Below, one piece after another: positions 1 through 13,330 of a DNA stretch of 60,607 bases. The translations under genes and the position numbers were made by a program. Location of the stretch: contig NC_057718.1 in the NCBI RefSeq assembly GCF_004010195.1, positions 101,821,908 to 101,882,514 on the forward strand, given 5' to 3'. Every line of letters begins with the position of its first letter. The first letter of the stretch is position 1. Source of the stretch: Chiloscyllium plagiosum. Lineage: Eukaryota. The notes beneath the pieces were generated by a model. The model was given only the letters and a program-made list of their open reading frames with translations. It was not told the DNA's origin and did not search any database.

Positions 1-290
1 AACGTCGAATCTCCTGTTCCCTGGATGCTGCCTGACCTGCTGTGCTGTTCCAGCAATAAAGTTTCAACATCTATCCACTCCACCCTCCTCTCTGACCTAT
101 CACCTCCATCCCCACCCCCATTCACCTATTGTACTCTATGCTACTTTCTCCCCACCCCCATCCCTCTCTCATTTATCTCTCCACCCTGTCTCTATTCCTG
201 ATGGAGGGCTTTTGCCTGAAAAATGTCGATTTTCCTGCTCCTTGGATGCTGCCTGACCTGCTGTGCTTTTCCAGCACCACTCTAGTCTAG
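1..290 (+). mobile_element. Two adjacent Penelope-like terminal repeat pieces (window starts inside one)
   Basis: ggatgctgcctgacctgctgtgct motif occurs twice (near 23 and 244); degenerate CTGATGG...GAAA core at ~197-222. Confidence 0.75.
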
Positions 291-793
291 GCTCTTCAAC
301 AAGTCTGCCCATTCTACATACGAGGTTGACTCTTCTCCGAATGGGAACACTGGCCTTGTGATAGCCACATTCCATAAAGGAATAAATTTTAAAACAAGTT
401 ATCCCAGCTGAAGTTCTCTCAATTAAAGCATATATTTAAAAATACATCATCACTGCTTACAATAGGCATCATATTGAATTCTAACCTCATTAATTAACAT
501 GTCCTGAGCATGCTTGTCAAAGCAACATCTAGCATTCCCAACCAAAACATTACCTTTCCTATATACCTCCTGATGGCTCAGTTAAGATCATCTGTCATAA
601 TAAAACTTAACAAATATGACTTAAGCTTAAACTTCTATTACCTACCAAAGAATAAGATTTAGACAGTATAACTGCATAGTGACTTAGACGACAAAGTCAA
701 ATTAAAAATAAAAATAGGACCGTGTCATTGACTCACTGAACTTGTATTTTTTCAATTTATGTAAAAGTTTAAGGTCCAAACCACACAACATAC

Positions 794-876
794 CTTCCTT
801 TTTTCCCTGAGTTTAGCAGCTTCCTTAGGATGATTAAACCTGAACATGTTGGTTCTCCCCAGGAGTATGACAGCTC
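794..876 (-). CDS. KIF16B: KIF16B exon 16 (83 nt), FHA end
   Basis: tttaaag|(G)AVILLGRTNMFRFNHPKEAAKLREKRK|gtatgt. Confidence 0.95.
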
Positions 877-2290
877 CTTTAAAAGAGGGGAGACAGAAGT
901 TCAATTCTTTTGTTTCCCAGCATTTACCAAATACTTTGAACAGAAATTCTGTTGGTGAACATAGCTGAGTTAAGTGTAGTTTTACTAACTGACCATGGAC
1001 ATCACAAAATTAACAAAACCAAATGTGTTTTATTTTTAAACACAAAATAATAGCATCTGTCCTCTTCCTCAAGTTGTGTAAAGGGTAACCAACAGTTTTC
1101 AGATGAAGTAAGTATCCCAAACACAAAAAAGATTTATTTGCTGGCAAATGTCAACAATTCAAAATCAACATTATTTGGTGGCTGGAATATTGATACTTAA
1201 AATGATGGACAGCCTGCAATATAATGCCAACTGTGCATTCTTGCTTGAAGGAGGAACAGATTTGAGAGGAAAGAATACTGAAAGCGGGATTTGGAACACA
1301 AGTACATGGTACTCAATCGCATGCAGTTCATGTTTTACATAACCAAAAGATATCAAAATATGCTCAAATGGATGGAGATGAACCTGTAATTGCAAAATAC
1401 AGTTTTTTTTAAAAAAGAGCTAGGAAGTAATCCTAAATCCTTCTGTCAGCAATAGGATTAGAGACAGCAAAACTGTTGAAAAATATTTTGATAAGTTATT
1501 TTCCGATCTTTTGTCAAAACAGTCCTATTAATTACACAGGCACTTTCAAAACATTGATTGAGTTGAAAGTGTTTCATAACACTGTTAAAAGCAGCTTCCC
1601 TTCTCAGTATTTAAAGCTGCTGTATACTATAGCACCCTTTCTAAAAGTAATTGTAGCTTTCCATTTTCATCACAACTTTGCCAATTAAGTTGCCAAATAT
1701 TAGGATTGTGTCAATGCAATTGGGCCATGCAAATGTTGTACAGAAATCCTGTAAACTCTATTAAGTGTACTATTTAAGGAGACAATCTGTTCTCGAGATA
1801 TCGCAATGCATATTGTCAATCCTCTGGATTAGACCAGCCTTATGAGATCACCAAGGAATCTAAAGATTCTTGGAGAAGAAGCAAAACATTCAAATTTTCT
1901 GGGTTAACTTTCACTCCACTCAATATGACACTAAAATTCAACAAAGATCCACTGACTTTGTCAAAAGAATTCATTTCATGTGGTTGAAATGTATTCAATC
2001 TATGTCAGCATGTTCAGAACTATTCACAGCATGAATTTAAATAAGGTTAACATGTATCCTGCAGAGCCAACTTAAAAAGAACACGAAGGATAACCTTCGC
2101 CATACTGACAAATAGTCCAGTCAATTAAAACTATTTTTAAAAAGATGGTTACTGTGCTTTGCTGTAACATTATTCATTTGAAATACTGGTGTTTGACTGG
2201 TTTGCTCTTTGATTGAATTTCGAGATGATGATAAAACTTTAGGACCAAAAGTGAAACATTCATTTTAATTTCAAACTAACAATAGAAAGA

Positions 2291-2422
2291 CTCTCCAGGA
2301 TTTGATACATTGCTAATGCAACCAAACAGGATATGGGTGATAAGAGCAGGAGAAATTCCTGGTCAGCCATGTGATGGAAAGAAAGTTGCTGCCTCTACCA
2401 TCAGTAACTGGCTCTGGATTAC
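2291..2422 (+). repeat. Unclassified ~133-bp dispersed repeat, copy 1
   Basis: About 6 substitutions and one 2-nt indel versus the reverse complement of 50075-50208. Confidence 0.9.
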
Positions 2423-3109
2423 ATATACTTTCACAGGTTGGCACTGCCTCTAACAACATCTGGCCAATCAGATGGTGAGTGGTGGCTATCATAGGCACTG
2501 GAGACAGGATACTACAAGGAGCAATATGGAGACTGGATTCAAAGCTGAATCAGGGCAGCTTTGGTTAGACTCTGCTGAAGGATTTGTACAGCATTATTAT
2601 GAGGCACACATGTTGGTGAGTTGTGGGTATAAATTATGATTATTGGCTCTGGGGCCCTCTGTTGCCCTTCAGCGGCCAGTAACTTGATTGTCCGAGGATG
2701 GGCAAGCCTCCTGATACCTACCCCACTACTGGTAAAATACCAGAAACATCAAGGCCATCCTATTCAATGCTCCTGTTCCCCACAATTTTTACTTTATATC
2801 TTCAGTTTTTGGAAGTGATTCCAATTTTGTTTCAATCAATTTGACTGCTGACAGCACCAATTGCGAAACACCTTCACTGATTTTACTACTCACCGTTAGC
2901 ACCGAGGTACTCCTATCTCAAAATGTTCAAGTTGCCCCTCACAGCCCAAGAGTGTGATCCCATCCACTCCCTCCTCTGAAAGCCATCAACGACACACCCT
3001 TTTTGCATTAGCTCTGGCTGAATGGACTTTAATTTTTGATGTTAGTCAGTTGCATAACATGTTCCATGTTAAAATGTAGCAAGAGACTAGGAATTATGCA
3101 GTGAGTAAT

Positions 3110-3665
3110 TCATTTTCTTATCTCTCCAATGCCTGTCCACCACCTATAGGCACAAGAGAAATGCATGATGAAATGCTGTCCACTCGTCTAATAGATTCAC
3201 CTACAATAACAGTTGAAATTTGGCTACATCCAGGTCAAAGCATCCCATTTTATTGGCACCCCTTTGAACCATCTTCAACATTCATTCCCTTCATCACCAA
3301 AGCAATGTGGCTGCAGAGTCCACCATCTACTCACGCAGCAATTCATCAAAGCTCCTTCGAAAAACTTTCAAACTCGCAACCTCTACCACTAGAAAGACAA
3401 GATGGTAGACATTATGGAACTCCACCATGTACAAATTTGCTCCGAAGTCTCACACCATCCTGATCTGGAAAGATGTTTCCATCCCTTCACTGTCAGAGGG
3501 TGGGCCAAAATCCTGTTAAGTCCCTTCCTAACAGTCTGCTGAGTATCCTTACACCCCAAGCATTGCAGAAATTCAATGCAGCAACTCATCACCATCTTCT
3601 CCAGAGCCATCAGGGACGGGCAGTATGTGGCCTGACCAGTGACACTCTCATTCCAAGATTGAATA
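3110..3665 (+). mobile_element. LINE 3' fragment (probable partner of the second SINE family)
   Basis: Inverse homologue at ~23440-24305; 3' end shared with the SINE at 7437. Confidence 0.55.
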
Positions 3666-4644
3666 ATAGTGTGCAACCACACAAGCTGCAATGGTATCAC
3701 TCAGCATACAAAGGATGCCCTAGTCAGAAAAGGTAATAGCAGCACACAGGGTAAAGGATCTCCGTACTTCCATCTGCTATCAACTTCACTGTTCAACATC
3801 TCTCCAAGAATAGGAGATCGGAGCATTATATGAAAACTTGAGCATTACAGCTGGCAAAGCGAAACTACAGGAACTTTCAGAGAGGCCATGCAGATGGTAA
3901 TCAGACGCAGACCTGCAACAGTCATGGTCAGCAAAAGGGTCACAGGCCGCCATACAAACTGATTAGAAAGTTGATTTTATCCGGTTCCCTAAAGAATACC
4001 ACAGTGGAAGCTCTGAATGGACTGCAAGAGTGTGGCACTGATATGCATCACTGCCGCCATAGTGGCTAATGTCACAGACAAGAGTTCTTTTGCATGGGAT
4101 CTGAAGGGTAGAGAAAAGTAAAATTCACAATCGCCTCCACAATTATGAAACAGTGCACTTATCCAGCAAAAAGATCTGGGTATAATGTCAACTCCTTGGA
4201 AGAAATAATAGAAAACTTTAACATTGCTCAATAGGAGCAAGACATAAATGCAAGACAGAAAGCTTTGATCAGGACTAGAACTCCAGAAACCAACTTAGAA
4301 CACAAGCATAATTTTGGACAGCATGATTGAATGGACCAAAGGCATGCTGCAGCAGGAACTGTTAACTGCCTATCTTAGTTAGCTGAATAAACAGAGACTA
4401 TGCAGCCGGACTGATTGGTCTGGGAACCTGAAAGGGAACCTTGGGAACGCAGGAATGTGCAAGGTCCAGATGAGTTTTCTTCAGGATTACAGTAGAAAGA
4501 ACCAAATTGGAGCACTTCACGATTGTGTAAGAGATAGATAGATCAGTGTTCACAGAAACCAATGTATATTTGGTATAGAAAAGCAGAATATTGCAGATGC
4601 TGGAAATCTGAAAGTGCCAGAGAAAGAAAATCTCCCAAGTTATC

Positions 4645-5243
4645 ACAGAATCCCCACAGTGTGGAAACTGGCCATACCCAGACCCACCCTATCCCTGTAA
4701 CCTGAATTTCCCATGGCTAATCCACTTAGTCTGCACATCCCTGGATACTATGGGTAACTTAACTTGGTCAATCCACTTAACCTGCACATCTTTGGACTGT
4801 AGGAGGAAACCAGAGCACCTGGAGGAAACCCATGTAGACATGGGGAGGACATGCAAACTCCACACAGGCAGTTGCCCAAGGGTGGTATCAAACCTGGGTG
4901 TTTGGCACTGTGAGATAGCAGAGTCTAGATTAGAGAGATGCTAGAAAAGCACAGCAGTTCAGGCAGCATCCGAGGAGCGGTAAAATCGACGTTTCGGGCA
5001 AAAGCCCTTCATCGGGAATACAGGCAGAGAGTCTGAATGGCTGAAGCCTGACCCTTGAGGCTCTCTACCTGTATTCCTGATGAAGGGCTTTTGCCCGAAA
5101 CGTCGATTTTACTGCGCCTCGGATGCTGCCTGAACTGCTGTGCTTTTCCAGCACCACTCTAATCTAGACTCTGGTTTCCAGCATCTGCAGTCACTGTTTT
5201 TACCACTGTGAGATAGCAGTGCTAACCATTGAGCCATCGTGGC
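4645..5243 (-). mobile_element. HE1-type V-SINE, interrupted by a Penelope hairpin
   Basis: V-domain ...ggaggaaaccagagcacctggaggaaacccatg...; tRNA-like head resumes after the TSD. Confidence 0.88.
4922..5203 (+). mobile_element. Penelope-derived hairpin element (family A, subfamily matching the 3' end of the 19741-21800 element)
   Basis: ~110-bp inverted arms; tail ...ccagcatctgcagtcactgtttttac; 16-bp TSD CACTGTGAGATAGCAG at 4906-4921 and 5204-5219. Confidence 0.9.
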
Positions 5244-5353
5244 ACAGTTAACTTGAGCAACATCTGGCTAGACAAAGAACCAAGAGTTAATGCTCAAGCC
5301 AAGAATTCAGACATAAAATAGATTCTGAACCAGGGAGAGATGAGGATAGGAGA

Positions 5354-5651
5354 ACTGCTGCCTCACAGCGCCAGAGATCCAGGTTCAATTCCCGCCTCAG
5401 GCGACCGTGTGTGTGGAGTTTGCACATTCTCCCCGTGTCTGCGTGGGTTTCCTCCGGGTGTTCTGGTTTCCTCCCACAATCCAAACAATATGCAGGTTAG
5501 GTGAACTGGCCATGCTAAATTGTCCATAGTGTCAGGTGAAGGGGTAAATGTAGGGGTATGGGTCTGGGTGGGTTGCGCTTCAGCGGGTCGGTGTGGACTT
5601 GTTGGGCCGAAAAGCTGGTTTCCACACTGTAAGTAATCTAATCTAATCTAA
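5354..5651 (+). mobile_element. HE1-type V-SINE, slightly 5'-truncated
   Basis: B-box ggttcaattccc, V-domain, (TAATC)n tail. Confidence 0.92.
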
Positions 5652-6199
5652 AAGGAAGGTCTGTGGCAGGTTTGAAGACAGGAGACAGTTCATCCTCCAG
5701 GCTAAATGAATGCAGATGGGGCAAAATAAGAATCAAACAAACAAAAAGATGTGCCAAGAGCTACCACTGACTGATAGTGGAAAACACCACTTGCAACAAA
5801 AAGAAAGCAAACTGAGGATAGAGCTTACATATGAAATTGCGGAATTCAATGCTGATTAAGTCCAAAATGCTGTAAAAGGTTCCTACCATGTAAATTTGAC
5901 CAGATGCAGCAGCGCATCCTTCATAGAGAAAAGATGGTAATGCCTTCAACAGAGAAAAAGATTTTTAATCATAATTCTGCTCTAATATTGACATAATGTA
6001 ATTGCAAGGGCCCCGACTACAATGCTACATAAAGCTGGTACAATGCATGTACAAAATAAACACTACATGTAGTGTTCTGATGAAGTCATTAGTATTGAAA
6101 CATTAGCTTGCTCTCTCTCCATGGATGCTGCCTGATTGCTGGGATTTACAGCATTGTTTGTTTTCAGTACAGATTCCAGCATCTGCAGTAATTTGCTTG

Positions 6200-6712
6200 T
6201 AGGTTACGTTGGAGCTGTTCAGAACTTTGGTTGCACCACAGCTAGTACTGTGTACAGTTTTGGTCACCACACTGTGAGAAGGATGTGACTGCACTGGAGG
6301 GGATGCAAAGCAGATTCACCAGGATGTTGCTGGGATATTTCAGCTATGATAAAAAGCTGGATAAGCTTGGGTTGTTTTCTTTAGAGAAGAGAAGGCTGCG
6401 GCGGGGGGACACCAAATGTAAGTGCATAAAGATTATGAGGGTCAGACAGGGTGGATAGAAAGCAGCTGTACTCCTTAGTCAAAAAGATAAACAATGAGGG
6501 GATAACATTTTGAAGTGAAAGGAGGTTTTGAGGAAAAACATTTTCACCCAGAGGGTGATTGTTACCCGGAATGCAATGACTGAGAGGATAGATGAGGCAG
6601 GAAACCTCATAACCTTCAAAAAGTACTTGGATGAACTGTCAACTACCGTAACACAGTACTTTTGGCAGAACAGACTCAATGAGCGAAAGGATCTCTTCTG
6701 TACAGTATGATT
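6200..6712 (+). mobile_element. CR1 LINE 3' fragment
   Basis: agattcaccaggatgttg, ttttcacccagagggtg and other CR1 ORF2 C-terminal motifs shared with the 37741 copy. Confidence 0.8.
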
Positions 6713-7143
6713 CATTCGGGCTTGTTGTTTCCATAACTATTGCATCAAATACAGGAAAAGAAAAAATGTATGATGTAATAACTTTGAACTAGAGTATGCC
6801 ACAAGACAATTAATAAGAAGAAAGGTCATTAACTTTGCTCTCCCCCTTATTATGGCCCAACATCATCCTTAAGTGATTCTGGCAATTTTCCTCAACAATC
6901 CTGAATTCAACTGACCTTTCTGTATGTAGGAGAACTTTGCATTGTCATCTTAAAATTTAAACTTTTACGATCTCATTTTAATCCATTTCTCATAATTTAG
7001 TTGATGCAATGCTGAAGGAATCTTCTTTTCCATGTCGTTTGCTGCTGTTCTCATTTAATAAGCTTCCATTTTTCTATCCTTTGCTCAAATTCAGCCCAGT
7101 GACATTAGACAATAGCCACAGTGACTCGTCCCAAAAGTACTTT

Positions 7144-7320
7144 CATAGAATCCTTACAATGCAGCTCAAGGCCATTCAGCCCATTGAGTTCTGCACCAAC
7201 CCTCTGAAGAGCATCCCACCTAGACCAACTCCACCACCCTGCCTTTACCATGGCTAATCCACCGGCCTGCACATCCCTCGTCACTACAGGGCAAGTTACC
7301 ATGGCAAATCCACCTAACTT
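7144..7320 (-). mobile_element. 3' part of an older HE1-like SINE
   Basis: catagaatcc... tail; ggcaagttaccatggcaaatccacctaac resembles the other copies. Confidence 0.65.
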
Positions 7321-7436
7321 TCAGCTCTTGACTTAGAACCCTTACCCTTAAGATGTATAACTGAAGGCGTGTTTGGGCCAGAGCATTAAACCATGTTTTC
7401 ATGATTTTCTCTGGCTTGCAGGTTGCTGCCTAGATC

Positions 7437-7820
7437 AGGAAGAGATGGTGGTGTTGTAGTAATCCACAAAATACAATCAAGTAATCAAGCCCAAGAAAAT
7501 GCTCTGAGCAAAAGAGTTCAAACTGCGCTGCAGCAGCTGGTGGAATTTAAATTCAATTGATGAATCTCAAATATAATAGCTATACATCGGTGATCGTGAT
7601 CATTACAATCATTGATCGTTGTAAAAACCATCTAATTCAGAGAATGAAATTTGCTGTTCTTACCCAGTCTGGCCTACATACTGCCCAGGCACACAGTAAT
7701 GTGGTTAATCCCTAAATGCACTCTCAAATAGGCCTAGCAAGCCAGACAGTTCAAGGGTAATTAGGCAACAAACAGATGTGGACAACAAATGTTGGCCTTG
7801 CCAGTGACGCCCTCATCATT
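7437..7820 (+). mobile_element. Second tRNA-head SINE family (name uncertain)
   Basis: Homologous to inverse copies at ~9495-9750, ~26690-26900 and 29148-29812; 3' end tggccttgccagtgacgccc shared with the LINE end at ~3630. Confidence 0.65.
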
Positions 7821-7872
7821 GATTAATGTCTTGTGTGAAGTAATTATTAAGAAACCATACTTCTTCAAATCA

Positions 7873-8032
7873 TGATTTGGAGATGCCGGTGTTGGACTGG
7901 GGTGTACAACGTTAAAAAATCACACAATACCAGGTTATAGTCCAACCAACTAATAAAGGAGCAGCACTCCGAAAGCTAGTGCTTCCAATTAAACCTGTTG
8001 GACTATAACCTGATGTTGTGTGATTTTTAACT
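7873..8032 (-). mobile_element. Penelope-derived hairpin element, family B
   Basis: Inverted arms ttaaaaaatcacacaataccaggttatagtccaac / gttggactataacctgatgttgtgtgatttttaa; ~35-nt tail; 12-bp TSD TTCTTCAAATCA at 7861-7872 and 8033-8044. Confidence 0.85.
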
Positions 8033-8050
8033 TTCTTCAAATCAGATTAC

Positions 8051-8188
8051 CTTGGTTTAGCTGAGTAGCTTCTTCAATGTGATTTCCATTGACTGAGCAC
8101 TGTGCGCCATTCAGTGGTATTACAGTTACTTTGTTATTGAGGTTTTCAAAGATACAGTGTTCACTTTCGAGGTCAAGACCATGGAGAA
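8051..8188 (-). CDS. KIF16B: KIF16B exon 15 (138 nt), FHA
   Basis: cttgcag|(V)LHGLDLESEHCIFENLNNKVTVIPLNGAQCSVNGNHIEEATQLNQ|gtaatc. Confidence 0.95.
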
Positions 8189-8859
8189 CTGCAAGACAAA
8201 ATGGTAAATACAAAGACTATGTCTCACTAACTTTTGCTTCAACAGATAGTTCTCATCATTTTCAGAGTAAATACTCCAGTGGTCCAAGACACTCGGTTTA
8301 CTCTGAATAGTACATTAATTTTATGCAAGGACAAGTCGTAGGATCAACAATGAAATGGCCATAAATCAATCAAACTTAGACAGAATTAGTCCCAAGTTTA
8401 CAATATAAATTTGGAAAAACAAATCTATTGATATCGTAGTGTGTTGTAACAAGGATAAACAGTGAAGGAATAAGTCTTTCAAAACATCCCAGGAGAAAAA
8501 CATCTAACATGCATGAGAGATTCAAAACAAACAAAATGTAAATGAAATATTCCTACCAACGATTGGTATTCATACTGCACTTTTAATGAAGTAAAATGTC
8601 CCACTGGAAAACGTGAATAGCAAACCAAAAGAGTAAGGTTAGGAATTACTAAAGGTTAGTTCAATAGATTGGTTGTAAAAAAGGGTCTTGGAGCAAAAGA
8701 AATAGGTAAAAATAAACTGTAATTTATGCCGAGACATCCAGAGTATGGACTGGTAAAAAGTAGCTAAAGACACAATTGCCAATGGTGAAGTTATGGCAGA
8801 ATCACAAGAACCAAGTTAGAGAAATACAGAATTTCAATAGCTCAGGGATGGAGGTGCTC

Positions 8860-9485
8860 TTGTCTAGGAGTCACAAAATAGGTAGTGTTCAGGTATAGCA
8901 AGTAATTAAGAAAGCTATTGGAATAGTATACTTTATTACAAAAGAACTGAACATAAAAGTAAGGATTTTATGCTAATTATACAGGACAGTGGTGAGACCA
9001 CACCTCAAATACTGTATGCAGCTTTGGTCTTCTGTCTGAAGGACTAATTGAAATATGTTAGAGGTGATTAGCTAGATTGATACCTGAATGAGGAAAAGGT
9101 TGAACAGATAGGACTTGCTTTCACTGGAAGTTAGAACAGTGAGGGGTGACTTGATTGAATTACAAAAGATCCTGGACTATGTGGGATGTGGAAATTACGT
9201 TGCCTTGTTGACAATGCAGAGCGAGATTTCAAATTAGGATTAATCTTTTAGGAGCGAGATCATAGGATATTTTTCCTGTCTCAAAAGGTTGACAGACTTT
9301 GGAACACTCTCCCTCAGGTTGGTGGAGGCAGGGTCATTGAATATTAAAGCACAGGCAGTTAGATTTTTGATGGGCAGGGAAATCAAAGGCTATCTGAATA
9401 GATTAGAATAAGAAATGCAAAACACACATATCTGCCAGAATCGTACTGAATGGAGGAGCAGACTTGAGGTGCCAAATGGCCTTTT
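8860..9485 (+). mobile_element. Old CR1 LINE 3' fragment
   Basis: ggtgagaccacacctcaaatactgtatgcagctttggtc; gaggggtgacttgattgaa. Confidence 0.75.
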
Positions 9486-10218
9486 TAAAAAATTCACTTA
9501 TGGGAGGTGGGCATCACTGGCCAGTACTTATCACCTATCCCTGATTTTCTACGAGGACAGTTGCAAGTCAACCATGTTGCTGTGGCACTGTAGTCACACA
9601 AGACCAAGTAAAGATGCCAGGACATTAGCAAACAATATCCTAAATCTTTTCCATCGAATTGGAATTCCACTGACTGCCATGTTGGGATTCGAACCGCCAA
9701 CCCCAAACCCCCCCCACCCCCGCGCCGAGCATTAGCCTGGGATTCTGGAGAGATTAATGGAGATGAAAAGTGTTTTACAAATTGCATTGCATTCAAGAGT
9801 GATGATCCAGACAATCAAAGGCATGGCTAACAACACTGAAGCTATTAAAATAGGAGATGTACAAAAAAGCAAAATTGGAGCGAAAGCAAGAGATCTTAGG
9901 TGGCAGAGTTGGAGGATGTTACAAAGGTAGGGAGTGTTGAGGTAAGAATAAGGACAAATGTTACAGAGAAATTTGCAAACAAGAATAATTTTAATATTGA
10001 GCTTCTGCTAGACCGTAGGTTGGTGATCTCAGGTGATAGTTGCATCTATATGGCACAAGTTAGGACTTGGGCAGTAGTGCTTCTGATTCACTCATCTGAT
10101 GTAAATTGGAAGAATTGAGGCTGGTCTGAAGAGCACTGGAAAAGCTAAAAGTGCAAAGGTAACAAAAATTTCCTGAGATGTTGGAATGCTAGGCGTTAAG
10201 GGAAATAGATGAACTAAC

Positions 10219-10270
10219 CAATGTCTTGCTCTGTAGTGGCATCTTCTCGTCCAACGTAGGTCTTGCCCTC
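10219..10270 (-). CDS. KIF16B: KIF16B exon 14 (52 nt), FHA
   Basis: ttaatag|EGKTYVGREDATTEQDI|gttagt; has the FHA GR motif. Confidence 0.93.
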
Positions 10271-10780
10271 CTATTAAAAGAAAGGTCAGTTACAGCTAAA
10301 AGAAAAAATAAATCAACAGAATGATCAAGTTCATAAACCTTAGTAAAACATCTGATCATTCTATGTTTTAGAACCTATATAATCAAAACCTTCAAGTATG
10401 GAATACAGAACTAATAATGATACATTACGGAGTTACAATAAATGTAGTTACTTAGATTCACAGTTAAAACAGGTCAAACTGATCTAACCCGAAACTCATT
10501 TTGTTGAGGTTTTTATTGTCTCTATTTGTTTCTCAAACAAACACTCATGAAACAAAACTAAAACATTGCTAAAAGGGGACACAAAAGTTGAAGTCTTTAT
10601 CTTACACTCGTCTAGACTAGAGCACAAGAAACCAAACTTAGAAAAGAAACAATTTGTCTGGTACGAGTAAAGGAGGTTGACTGAATGGACTACAGTTGAC
10701 ACATAGATGGGGTAGGAACTGTTAATTATCCATCTTAGTTAGCTGTTTAAACTCAGGCCATGCAGGAAGGCTCTGACTGA

Positions 10781-11345
10781 ACATAGAACAATACAGCACA
10801 GTACAGGCCCTTCAGCCCTCGATGATGCGCCGGCCTTTTATCCTACTCTAAGATCAAGAGAAAGTGAGGACTGTCGATGCTGGAGATCAGAATCGAAAAG
10901 CACTGGAAAAGCACAGCAGGTCAGGTATAATCCGAGGAGCAGGACAGTTGATATTTCAGGCATAAGCCCTTCAGGAAGCTGAGACGTCGACTCTTCTGCT
11001 CCTTGGATGCTGCCTGACCTACTGTGCTTTTCCAGCGCCTCACTTTTTGACTATACTCTAAGATCAGACTAAACTACATACCCTTCATTATACTGTCTTC
11101 CATGTGCTTATCCAAGAGCCGCTTAAATGTCCCCAGTGTATCTGACTCCACTACCACCGCTGGCAGTGCATTCCACGCATGCTTCACTCTCTCCATAAAG
11201 AACCTATCTTTGACATTTCCCCTAAACCTTCCTCCAATTACCTTAAAATTGTAATTGTGATATGCATTTCCACCATGGGAAAAAGTCTCTGGCTATCCAC
11301 TCGATCTATGCCTCTCAATACCATGTACACCTCTATCAGGTCAGA
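10781..11345 (-). mobile_element. CR1 LINE 3' fragment (interrupted at 10857-11053)
   Basis: acatagaaca terminus; ggcagtgcattccac; tacacctctatcaggtc. Confidence 0.8.
10857..11053 (-). mobile_element. Older Penelope-derived hairpin element, family A
   Basis: Diverged arms with centre deletion; 13-bp TSD TACTCTAAGATCA at 10844-10856 and 11054-11066; inside a CR1 3' end. Confidence 0.85.
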
Positions 11346-11804
11346 GCATTGCCATGGATAATGCATAGTATTTTAAAAATTACATGTACTATACATTGCT
11401 TTTTAAAAACAAATGCACCAAAGATGTCTAGTTCTTCACTGGCACATTCAGAATGTTAGCAGAAAAAACCCTATTTCATCATTGAGTGTTATTACATAAA
11501 ACTGTTTTGGTATTTGTATTTCCAATCAATAAAACTCATGTTTATTTATTTCGCCGCAAGGAGTTTCTGATACTTTCCTGTACTTAATGTTTTTTGAGCA
11601 AATCCTCATTCTGGTTAAAAAATACATTTGCTCTTGGACTTTGAACACAAGATCATCTGTCATACCTAGCTAATCCGAGAAGTTATGCTTCCTGCTACAT
11701 TTTAACTTACAGCGCAGCAAAATAGTTTGTACTTTTAAAAGGTCAGGTTTGACCTTTCAATTTGATCAAAATAACACTGCCTAGATGACACAAAACATTC
11801 TTAC

Positions 11805-11924
11805 CTTAAGATGATACAAAATAATTCCAGTACTAAGTAAGTCATCATCAATACCAATCAAATGAGGTAACTCTGAATCCAAAACCACACCAACTCCTTC
11901 TTTTCGAAGGGCTAAGGTTTCTTC
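11805..11924 (-). CDS. KIF16B: KIF16B exon 13 (120 nt)
   Basis: attttag|EETLALRKEGVGVVLDSELPHLIGIDDDLLSTGIILYHLK|gtaaga. Confidence 0.96.
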
Positions 11925-12559
11925 CTAAAATAAAAAAGAAGACTAAATGCTAGAACCTAGAAAAGTTGTAAAACAAAGAGTGCATATATGTTAATAAGAG
12001 GACAAATCAAAAAATACTTCATTAATAACAAGACCTGTTACGTATACACCATGTCACATCCAATTACCAACAAAATGATAAGAGACACTCCTGTGTCAAA
12101 TTTGCAGCTACTCAGTCAAATTTACCTCAGTAAATGCAGCTGGGTTTCAAATTTCATATCCATAAAAAAAATAATACATCAGAACTTAACTGAGATGGAA
12201 CATGACAAGCAAAGCATAGCAAGCAGGAAAATAAACTATCATATCAGCAATTTAAAACATACGACAGTGTTACAAGGCAATAAATGAAACTGAGTTATAC
12301 AATTTAAGTTTTGATGAAGGGAATACTTGTAACAGCACCTGCCTTTGAAGGCTTAAGGCTACATGAGAACTCAGGGTTTCAAGATCATGCCGGCTTCCAG
12401 AGTATCACAAGACGACACTAAAGCGAACATGTCAAAATTAAAAATATTAGGACAAATCTTACTGGGGGAAAAATCTAGGTTAACGACACACTATTAAACT
12501 ATCAATTATTAGCAAAGTTAGGGATCATGGGACACAGTGAATTGGGAATTTCCAGAATA

Positions 12560-13330
12560 GGACTATAAGACCATAAGAAACAAGAACAGGAATAGGCTGT
12601 TCAGCCTGAGCCTGCTCAGTCATTCAATAGGATTATGGCTGAGCTGACATTCCTGATGTCCACTTTCTTGCGTTTTCCCTATAACCCTCTATTTCCCTTA
12701 TGATCAAGAATTTATCTATCACTAGTCATAGACTCTCCCACAAGGGGAAACATCCTCTCAGCATTTACTCTGTCAAGGCCCTTAACAATCCTGTGTGTTT
12801 CAATCAGGTCACCTCTCAATCCAGCAGAGTCCCAACCTGTTTAGTCATTGCTCATAAGACAGCTCCTCTGCACCTCATGAATCTTCTCTGAATGACCTTC
12901 AACAATACCTTTCGTTAAATAAGCAGACCAAAATTATCAAAGTACACCTGATGTGATCTCACCAGTAAGTGGTACAGTTGCAGTTGCAAATCCCCTGAAA
13001 TAAGAACCAACATTCCATTAGTGTTCCTGATTACCTGCTGTCCCTATATGCTTGTTTTCTATGTATGTGCACAAGCATTCAAGTTCTTTTGGGTTGCAGT
13101 CTTTTGCAATTTTTCTCTATTTAAATAATATCCTTTTATTTTGCTCTCTTTTTCAAAATGAGTAATTTTCCCACATTATATTCCATGTGCCAACTTCTTG
13201 TCCTCACTTAAACTATTCATATCTCTCTAAACTGTTTGTATCTCTCTTGCAACTTGCCTTACCACCATTTTTGTCTGCAAATTTGGCTACAATACATTCC
13301 CTTCCTTCCTCCAAGTCATTTATATTGTAA
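12560..13330 (-). mobile_element. Old CR1 LINE 3' fragment
   Basis: ataagaccataaga terminus; AKFAD motif in ORF 13213..13422. Confidence 0.75.

Noticed and set aside
2360..2422. SECIS element in the 133-bp repeat hairpin
   Set aside because: No AUGA/GA quartet in the required geometry, and the location is intronic
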